Shown here: in pieces, positions 54,542 to 62,060 of the stretch
How positions within the stretch are numbered: the stretch's first letter is position 1
Layout: each line of letters starts with the position of its first letter
Origin: Alphaproteobacteria bacterium
GTDB lineage: Bacteria > Pseudomonadota > Alphaproteobacteria > Rs-D84
DNA: 64,000 bases
Direction: 5' to 3'
NCBI GenBank assembly: GCA_017642585.1
Contig: JAGCOR010000021.1
Location: 4,771 to 68,770, forward strand
Program-made: the position numbers and the translations under genes
The notes under the pieces: generated by a model
What the model saw: only the letters and a program-made list of their open reading frames with translations
The model's database searches: none
What the model was told of the DNA's origin: nothing

Positions 54542-55669
54542 ATGAAGAGAGTTTTGTTTTTTCTTTTGTTTTGTATGTCTATTTTTCAGTCGGTAATTGC
54601 CGCTGAATATCGTGCTGCGTTGGTCGCAGATATTGATTCAGGCCATGTTTTATACCAAGAAAATGCCAACCAATTAAATTATCCTGCATCTTTAACCAAG
54701 ATTATGACCCTATATTTGACATTTGATGCGTTGGAACATAAACGTCTTCATCTGGACGATTATTTGATTGTTTCGCAATATGCGGCGGATGCCCAACCTG
54801 TTAAATTGGGTTTAACCGCGGGCAGTAAAATCCGTGTTGAAGATGCAATCAAGGCCGTTGCTGTTCATTCTGCAAATGATGTGGCGCGTGTGTTGGCTGA
54901 AAACCTGAAGGGTGGCAAAGAGGGCAATTTTGCAGACCTGATGACACGTGTTGCAAATGAAATTGGTTTGCAAAATACAAATTTTGAAAATTCTTCGGGA
55001 TTGCCAAATGATGATCATATGTCCACCGCGCGTGATATAGCTTTGTTATCTATGGCGGTTTATAAACATTTCCCACAATATTGGAAATATTTTGGCATTA
55101 AAACATGGACTTATAATGGTAAGACTTATACAAACAGCAATCGTTTGTTGGGAACTTATCCAGGCTGTGATGGTATGAAAACGGGCTTTACAAACAAATC
55201 AAAATATTCTTTGGTTGCAACTGCCCAGCAAGATGGTCGTCATTTAATTGCTGTTGTGTTGGGTGCTGAAAACAAAGATGTTCGTGCCAATGTTGCCAGA
55301 AAAATGTTGAATATTGGTTTTGGCAAAATGGACAAGGTAGCACCCGTTAAAAAAGAATCTTATTCAGAACCAACAAATAATAATCCTGTGATGAAATATG
55401 CGCAAAAGCCCGTTCAAAAATCATACAGGGAACCAGCAAATGCATATGCGCCGGGACATGTTGGTGTTCAATTTGGTGCTTTCTCTACACGGGAAGCAGC
55501 CGAATCCCAGGTTAAAAAGGTTAAATCAATGTTGGGTATAACTACAACCATAGAAAGAAATGAAACAGGGCTGTATCGTGTTCGTATAAATAATATATCT
55601 GAAACCTATGCCCAAGAATTAAAATCACGTGCCAGTGAAAACGGTATAGATTCTTATGTGTTCCATTAA
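54542..55669 (+). CDS. D-alanyl-D-alanine carboxypeptidase (PBP5 class) fused to a C-terminal SPOR domain
   Basis: Signal peptide; SLTKIMT (SxxK), SANDVA (SxN), KTGFT; C-terminus VGVQFGAFSTREAAES...GLYRVRI is SPOR-like. Confidence 0.85.
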   Translation: MKRVLFFLLFCMSIFQSVIAAEYRAALVADIDSGHVLYQENANQLNYPASLTKIMTLYLTFDALEHKRLHLDDYLIVSQYAADAQPVKLGLTAGSKIRVEDAIKAVAVHSANDVARVLAENLKGGKEGNFADLMTRVANEIGLQNTNFENSSGLPNDDHMSTARDIALLSMAVYKHFPQYWKYFGIKTWTYNGKTYTNSNRLLGTYPGCDGMKTGFTNKSKYSLVATAQQDGRHLIAVVLGAENKDVRANVARKMLNIGFGKMDKVAPVKKESYSEPTNNNPVMKYAQKPVQKSYREPANAYAPGHVGVQFGAFSTREAAESQVKKVKSMLGITTTIERNETGLYRVRINNISETYAQELKSRASENGIDSYVFH

Positions 55670-55679
55670 AGAATAAAAA

Positions 55680-56270
55680 ATGAATGTTAAAATAGAAAAA
55701 TTAATAAAACAATTTGCAAAATTACCACGTGTTGGAACACGTGCCGCCACGCGTATGGTGTTAAGTTTATTGCAGGATAAAACAGGCAAAGCGGAAAATT
55801 TGGCTGAATTATTATCTGATGCGGCGCAAACAATTCACCCGTGTAACATATGTGGTGTGTTAACTGATAATGACGTTTGTGAATATTGTTCTGATGTATC
55901 CAGAAAAAACGGTCAATTATGTATTGTTCGTGACTTATCGGATGTTTTAGTGTTGGAAAAATCAGGTGTGTTTCATGGGCGCTATCATGTATTGGGGGGC
56001 AATTTGTCTGGGGTTGCGGGTGTTACACCGGATGATTTAAATATCGCAAATATACCAACACGTATTAAAAACGAAAATATAACAGAAATAATTTTTGCTT
56101 TGCCCAACACAGTGGAGGGCAAAACAACCCAACAATATATAATCACAACAACACAAAATCAAAATGTTGTGTTTTCTGAATTGGCATCTGGTGTTCCATT
56201 GGGTGGCGATTTAGATTACATAGATGACGGGACATTAACTTTGGCTTTTGGTGGACGTAAAAAATTATGA
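55680..56270 (+). CDS. recR: recombination protein RecR
   Basis: LPRVGTRAATRM HhH, CNICGVLTDNDVCEYC zinc finger and Toprim region. Confidence 0.92.
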   Translation: MNVKIEKLIKQFAKLPRVGTRAATRMVLSLLQDKTGKAENLAELLSDAAQTIHPCNICGVLTDNDVCEYCSDVSRKNGQLCIVRDLSDVLVLEKSGVFHGRYHVLGGNLSGVAGVTPDDLNIANIPTRIKNENITEIIFALPNTVEGKTTQQYIITTTQNQNVVFSELASGVPLGGDLDYIDDGTLTLAFGGRKKL

Positions 56271-57100
56271 CGGATAAAATATCATCTTTGCCACCTGTAT
56301 CAGAAATGATGCGTGATTGCGGGTTGGAACCCAAGAAACAATTTGGTCAAAATTTCTTATTTGATTTAAATTTAACCGGTAAAATCGCACGTTCTGTGCC
56401 CGACATAGAAAAAAATATAGTGTTAGAGGTTGGGCCAGGACCGGCCGGGTTAACACGCGCTTTGTTAATGGCGGGCGCAAAAAAAGTCGTTGCGATTGAA
56501 AAAGATAAAACAATACAGCCTATTTTATCAAAAATTGTTGAAGCCGCGAACGGCAGGCTGGAAGTTATTTATGGTGATGCATTAAAAACGGATTTATCAA
56601 ATTTGAATAAAACAGGTTTCGCAATTTGTTCAAATTTACCGTATAACGTCGGGACTGAATTATTGATAAATTGGTTGCATGAAATTGCAAATGGAACAAA
56701 TATAAAATCTTTGACTTGTATGTTTCAAAAAGAAGTTGCGCAACGCATAGTTGCAGATGTCAAAGATGCCCAATACGGCAGATTATCTGTGATAGCGAAT
56801 TTAATTGCCGACACAAAAATATTATTTGATGTTCCAAATACTGCATTTGTTCCGCGGCCCAAGGTTCAATCTGCAGTGGTTCAAATTATTCCAAATAAAA
56901 ATAAAATTGCAAAAATCAAAGATATTAAAAAATTGGAAAAATTAACCGCAAAATTATTTGGACAAAGACGTAAAATGATACGTGCGATTATAAAAACAGA
57001 TTGGGAAAAATTCGGTTTATCAGGGACAGAACGCGCCGAAGAATTGAACCCTGATTTATTTTTAAAAATTGCATGTAATATAGACGCAAATTTGTTATAA
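56267..57100 (+). CDS. rsmA: 16S rRNA (adenine1518/1519-N6)-dimethyltransferase
   Basis: KKQFGQNFL, VLEVGPGPAGLT, NLPYNV. Confidence 0.9.
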   Translation: MTDKISSLPPVSEMMRDCGLEPKKQFGQNFLFDLNLTGKIARSVPDIEKNIVLEVGPGPAGLTRALLMAGAKKVVAIEKDKTIQPILSKIVEAANGRLEVIYGDALKTDLSNLNKTGFAICSNLPYNVGTELLINWLHEIANGTNIKSLTCMFQKEVAQRIVADVKDAQYGRLSVIANLIADTKILFDVPNTAFVPRPKVQSAVVQIIPNKNKIAKIKDIKKLEKLTAKLFGQRRKMIRAIIKTDWEKFGLSGTERAEELNPDLFLKIACNIDANLL

Positions 57101-57129
57101 TATAGAAGAATATTAACGGGGGAGAGAAA

Positions 57130-58827
57130 ATGTCAACAGCAACACTTGCGTTTTTTATGATCGCTTTTCTGGCGGTGTTTTGGATGCGTATGTGCAAAAT
57201 GGGTACGCTGTTGGCGTTTTTGATAACTGGTTTATTGGCGGGTCAGCACGTTTTTGGTTTGTTTGAATTATCAGGGGCATGGAATTTCCTTGGTGATTTA
57301 GGAATCATGTTCTTGTGGTTCAGTATGGGTTTGCAAATCAATATGAAACGTTTGTGGCAATTACGTAAAACTATTTTCGGTCTGGGTGCATCCCAGGTTT
57401 TAATGGTTGCGATAATGTTATTCCCATTCTTGGTTGGGGTTACAGATTGGACTTTGATTTCTACGGTTATGATTGCGTTGGTGTTGGCTATGTCCAGTAC
57501 ATCTGAAGATTTGCAAATTTTGATTGATAAAAATCAACTACAAACCAGTATGGGACATCAAACATTTTCTATTTTGTTATTCCAAGATTTATTATCAATT
57601 CCGCTGCTGGCTATGTTGCCTGTGATGGCCGGAAAATCTATCAATTTGGGTGCATCTGCCATAGATATTGCGGTTATGTCGTTGGGTTTAATATTGGGTG
57701 TTATAGTTGTATCTAAATTTATAATCAATCCGTTATTAAGAATGGTATCAAAACTGCAATCGAATGAGGCCTTTGTTTTGGCGATTATGGTAAATATCGC
57801 GATTTGGGCTTTCGTGTTGAAATTGATGGGGTTGCCACCTGCATTGGGTGCGTTTTTGGCGGGTATGTTAATGTCAGAAACTGTTTACAGACACCAGGTC
57901 AGTGCATTGGTCGAACCATATGCTATGCTGTTTTTATCCTTCTTTTTCATAGTGTTGGGAATGGGGTTAAATTTGCCTTTCTTGATTCAAAATTGGGCGA
58001 TTGTTTTATTGGGGGTTGCTGGTTTGGTTCTTATAAAGTTTTTTGCATTATTCATTGTTGCACGTGTAAGACATGTGTCGGGCAAAGATGCAACATTAAT
58101 GTCGCTGATTTTGGCCCAAGGCGGTGAATTTGGTTTGTTGATATTGCAAACTATGAAGACAAATGACATAGAGGCGATTCCACCAGAACATCAAGAATTA
58201 TTGATTGCGATAATCGTTGTTTCCATAATGGTAACACCTATCGTGATAATGATTCACGATTGGCTGTTAAAGTCGGGCCACATATTCAGTGGTAAAAACA
58301 ACAAGGGTATAACCGAAGTATTAAAACAAGATGTGCCAACTGTTGTTATTTGCGGGTTTGGTCGTATGGGACAAATCGTTGCGCAAATGTTAGAAACAGA
58401 AAACATTTCCTATGTTGCGATTGATTCAAACGTGGACAATGTGATTATGGCACGCGAACAGGGATTTAATGTTATTTTTGGGGATTCCAAGAAACAATCT
58501 ATATTGTTGGCTGCAGGGCTGAAAGTGCGCAAAACCCGCGCGGTTGTAATTGCGTTAAATGACGAAGAAGTTGCGTGTGATATTTTGGAAACCTTGCATT
58601 CCATAGCCCCAAAGATGAAGGTGTTTGCACGTGCGCACAGTTTAAAAACATCACAAGATTTGATCGCGTTGGGCGCAAGATCTGCAACGCCAGAAATCAT
58701 AGAATCTTCGTTTATTTTGGGTGAAAATTTAATGACATCATTGGGATTGTCTAAAAATAAAATAAATGCTTTGACGGAATCTTTGCGTGAAAATAATTAC
58801 GCAAATGTCAAGAAACCTATTGATTAA
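57130..58827 (+). CDS. CPA2-family K+/H+ antiporter with RCK/TrkA-N domain (KefB/KefC-like)
   Basis: Polytopic N-domain and VVICGFGRMGQIVAQ Rossmann motif. Confidence 0.8.
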   Translation: MSTATLAFFMIAFLAVFWMRMCKMGTLLAFLITGLLAGQHVFGLFELSGAWNFLGDLGIMFLWFSMGLQINMKRLWQLRKTIFGLGASQVLMVAIMLFPFLVGVTDWTLISTVMIALVLAMSSTSEDLQILIDKNQLQTSMGHQTFSILLFQDLLSIPLLAMLPVMAGKSINLGASAIDIAVMSLGLILGVIVVSKFIINPLLRMVSKLQSNEAFVLAIMVNIAIWAFVLKLMGLPPALGAFLAGMLMSETVYRHQVSALVEPYAMLFLSFFFIVLGMGLNLPFLIQNWAIVLLGVAGLVLIKFFALFIVARVRHVSGKDATLMSLILAQGGEFGLLILQTMKTNDIEAIPPEHQELLIAIIVVSIMVTPIVIMIHDWLLKSGHIFSGKNNKGITEVLKQDVPTVVICGFGRMGQIVAQMLETENISYVAIDSNVDNVIMAREQGFNVIFGDSKKQSILLAAGLKVRKTRAVVIALNDEEVACDILETLHSIAPKMKVFARAHSLKTSQDLIALGARSATPEIIESSFILGENLMTSLGLSKNKINALTESLRENNYANVKKPID

Positions 58828-58897
58828 AACCAATAATTATATTGTGTTGATTTTGTATGTCTAAATTGCTATATTCCAATAAGCTAAGGTTCTACGT

Positions 58898-59479
58898 ATG
58901 AAAAAATATTTGAAATATATCGCGGTTATGGTTGCTGTGTTTGTTTTAGATTTTGTTTCTAAAACTGCTTTATTACATTTTTTAGCTGCGAAATATGGTG
59001 CGATTATATATAACCCAAATGTTATCTGTGCAAAATGTCATATAGAGGGCGTATTTGTTTCGTGGAAATATATTTTGGGTGGCGATTATGGTTTGTCCAA
59101 TTTATTTAATATCCAATTCGTGTGGAATCGCGGTGTTTCATTTTCCGCTTTTAATCATGTTATGCCCACGATAATCAGCTGTATCACAGCGGTAATCATC
59201 TGCTATCTGGTATATTATTTGTTCAAGAAATCTGTCGTTTACGAACGCTTGCCAATCGCGATGATAGTTGGTGGTGCGATTGGTAATTTGGCGGACAGGG
59301 TGCGTTTTGGTGCCGTGGCTGATTTCATCCAATGGCACATTGGTGGGTTATGGACATTCCCCGCTATATTTAACATAGGGGATGTTTTCATAACATTTGG
59401 TGTGTGTTTATATTTAATAAATTTATTTATAAACAGACGCCGTTGTATTAAACATATTAAATCTGTAAAGGAAAAATAA
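58898..59479 (+). CDS. lspA: lipoprotein signal peptidase II
   Basis: WNRGVSFS, GGAIGNLADR, FNIGDVFI. Confidence 0.88.
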   Translation: MKKYLKYIAVMVAVFVLDFVSKTALLHFLAAKYGAIIYNPNVICAKCHIEGVFVSWKYILGGDYGLSNLFNIQFVWNRGVSFSAFNHVMPTIISCITAVIICYLVYYLFKKSVVYERLPIAMIVGGAIGNLADRVRFGAVADFIQWHIGGLWTFPAIFNIGDVFITFGVCLYLINLFINRRRCIKHIKSVKEK

Positions 59480-61033
59480 ATGGTATCTTATCTTGATAAT
59501 AATTCTGGCTTTAACAGTTGGAATGCAATGCAACAACAAAAACAGCAGAAAAAATCATCATCTGGGTTTTTCAAATGGATGTTGATATTTTTGTTGGCTT
59601 GGTGGGTGTTTGGTTCATTTTTTGAATCTAAAAATGTTCCAGTTGAACCACAAAATACAGTTATTGTTGAAAATTCAACCGTTGAATCATCTAAGATAGA
59701 AGCCGATAAAATATCTTTTGATGTCCAGGGGTTACGTGTTGCAAATATCGCATTAAAAGATCATTTAAAAGATGTAAAATCTACTGAAAAAGTATCTTTG
59801 TTGGATGGTGAAAATAATTTCATAGAAATTGGATTTTTATCTGCTGATACCCAAACGCCAAATATAAACACCAAATGGAAAATGAATAACAATAATATGG
59901 TGTGGGATAATAAAGATAAAATCAATTTCACACGTGATATTGTAATTGATGATTATGTTATAAAGATATCAGATACAATTAAAAACAATTCCAAGAAAGA
60001 AATAAGTTTGGCGCCGTATGCACGTGTTATTCGTGGAATGGGCGATGTTAAATCGGCTGTGGTTGAAACAGGCGGTGTTGTTTATGCTAATTCTGATTTA
60101 GATTATGCAAATTGGAATAAATTAAACAAGAAATCTTATGCTTATTCGACTGTTCGTGGTTCCTTTGGTTTTGCAGAACAATATTGGGAAACAGTTGTTT
60201 CCATGGATACCAACGATCAAACAATCAGTTTAAAGAAAAACGGCGAATTATATTTGGCTGATGGTAATGCGGCACCTGTAAAAATATCGGCAGGCAAAGA
60301 CATCACCTTTGATACATATGTGTTTGCAGGTCCACGCGACAGTAAAACATTGAACAAAGCAAGCGAACATATACCAGGGTTATCTGAAACAATGGATTAT
60401 GGTTGGTTTTGGTTCTTTGCACAACCAATGTTATGGATGATAAATTGGCTGTTTGCGTTGGTTGGAAATTATGGTGTTGCGATTATTTTAATGACTTTGG
60501 TGTTAAGATTTTTGATGTGGCCATTAACACGTAAATCTTATACATCAACAATGGCTATGCAAAGAATGCAGCCAGAAATGCAACGCGTTCAAAAATTATA
60601 TGCAAATGACAAAGCGCGCATGCAAATGGAAATGATGAAGATTTATCAAACACACAAAACATCGCCCATGTCTGGATGTTTGCCTATGTTAATTCAAATC
60701 CCAATATTCTTTGCGTTGTATAAAGCATTGTTGATATCTGTTCCGATGCGGTCTGCGCATTTCTTGTGGATATCTGATTTGGCGGCTATGGATCCATATT
60801 TCATATTGCCAATTTTGATGGGTGTAACAATGTGGATACAACAGGCATTACAAACAGACAAAAGCAAATCAAACAACAATATGATGGCATCAACACAACG
60901 TGTTATGAAATGGATGCCTGTGGTGTTCACAGTAATGTTTGCATGGATGCCTGCGGGGTTGGTGTTATATTGGACTGTGTCTAATATATTTGGAATTGTT
61001 CAAATGCAAATTATCAAGAAAACTATTAAATAA
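59480..61033 (+). CDS. yidC: membrane protein insertase YidC
   Basis: Large periplasmic domain then a 60-kDa-IMP core (GVAIILMTLVLRFLMWPL, MSGCLPMLIQIPIFFALY). Confidence 0.92.
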   Translation: MVSYLDNNSGFNSWNAMQQQKQQKKSSSGFFKWMLIFLLAWWVFGSFFESKNVPVEPQNTVIVENSTVESSKIEADKISFDVQGLRVANIALKDHLKDVKSTEKVSLLDGENNFIEIGFLSADTQTPNINTKWKMNNNNMVWDNKDKINFTRDIVIDDYVIKISDTIKNNSKKEISLAPYARVIRGMGDVKSAVVETGGVVYANSDLDYANWNKLNKKSYAYSTVRGSFGFAEQYWETVVSMDTNDQTISLKKNGELYLADGNAAPVKISAGKDITFDTYVFAGPRDSKTLNKASEHIPGLSETMDYGWFWFFAQPMLWMINWLFALVGNYGVAIILMTLVLRFLMWPLTRKSYTSTMAMQRMQPEMQRVQKLYANDKARMQMEMMKIYQTHKTSPMSGCLPMLIQIPIFFALYKALLISVPMRSAHFLWISDLAAMDPYFILPILMGVTMWIQQALQTDKSKSNNNMMASTQRVMKWMPVVFTVMFAWMPAGLVLYWTVSNIFGIVQMQIIKKTIK

Positions 61034-61060
61034 AAACAAATACCCATTTGATTTACGATT

Positions 61061-61417
61061 TTAATCGTTTTTGGATGGGTATTTTTTATGTAAATAATTA
61101 AATAAAGAATCTGGAGTTTGAATAAAGATATTTTTTATACCACAGATTTTTTTAGTAAATTGAACACATGTAAAACCTTTGAATCGGGGCAGGGATGGAC
61201 AGGAAATATTATATTTTATAAATACCCAACCATATTGTTTTAAAATTTCTATATCGCGTTTTTTTATTGGAATTAAAACGACACGATTTAATTTTGTAAA
61301 TTGATAAATAAAAGCTTTGTTTGTTGTAATTATGACGGGTGCACAATGACGAAAATGTTTGCACAATATATTAGCAGATATTTTATGAGATTTTGTTGAA
61401 AATCCAACGTATAGCAT
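61061..61417 (-). CDS. hypothetical protein (weak His...Cys pattern reminiscent of permuted papain-like/NlpC-P60 folds)
   Basis: 118 aa; SHK...HFRHC early and GFTCVQF late; no firm assignment. Confidence 0.35.
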   Translation of the reverse strand: MLYVGFSTKSHKISANILCKHFRHCAPVIITTNKAFIYQFTKLNRVVLIPIKKRDIEILKQYGWVFIKYNISCPSLPRFKGFTCVQFTKKICGIKNIFIQTPDSLFNYLHKKYPSKND

Positions 61418-61485
61418 ATTTTGTCCCTTTTATATTTTAATGTGTTTCTGACTTATCTCCCCGTCCATAAATCAGAAATAAATTA

Positions 61486-61833
61486 TTATTCTTCAATCCA
61501 ACCATTTTTGCGTGCGACATCGCCAATTATTTGCATAGCAGAATTCCATAATGCTGCGGCACGATTTTCAGAATAAATATATTGATGTGGTGCGCGTTTT
61601 TTATCGCCAAATTTTTTCATAACTAATAATTGTTCTTCGGTTAATTTACCAGATAGAAACAATTTAGTTATCAAAGTTTCTACATCCAATATTTCGCAAG
61701 GTCTGTGAACACAAGATTGTTTCCTGAATCCATTTTGAATTGATTTAGAATACAAAAACCAAAACCACATTTGTTCTGCGTTTTGAAATTTTTGTGTTAA
61801 ATCAAGATTTGTATTTTTTAATGTATTTTCCAT
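61486..61833 (-). CDS. hypothetical protein, possible small DNA-binding protein
   Basis: 115 aa; the segment GKLTEEQLLVMKKFG resembles an HTH; preceded by palindromic repeats. Confidence 0.35.
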   Translation of the reverse strand: MENTLKNTNLDLTQKFQNAEQMWFWFLYSKSIQNGFRKQSCVHRPCEILDVETLITKLFLSGKLTEEQLLVMKKFGDKKRAPHQYIYSENRAAALWNSAMQIIGDVARKNGWIEE

Positions 61834-61943
61834 TTTTTTCTCCTTTGTATATTTTGTTAGCGCACCAGATATTTATTCTTGATGCAATGAAAGTTAAAAT
61901 AAAAATTGAAAAGTGTAAAATGTTACAACCAATAATAGAAATG

Positions 61944-61996
61944 CGAATCGAATTTTCGATTCGAAATGGCTTTTTTAATATTTGGGTTCGAATCGA
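61944..61996. promoter_or_regulatory. cluster of CGAATCGA palindromic repeats
   Basis: cgaatcgaa-tt-ttcgattcg (61944-61963) plus a third ttcgaatcga at 61987-61996, between the virB10 stop and the 115-aa gene start. Confidence 0.4.
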
Positions 61997-62012
61997 TTTT
62001 TACCAATAAAAT

Positions 62013-62045
62013 AAAACAAAATCTGCATTACGCAGATTTTGTTTT
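62013..62045 (-). terminator. strong hairpin terminator after virB10/trbI
   Basis: Perfect 14-bp arms aaaacaaaatctgc/gcagattttgtttt with a 5-nt loop and flanking A/T runs. Confidence 0.65.
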
Positions 62046-62060
62046 ATTCATGATTTATTC

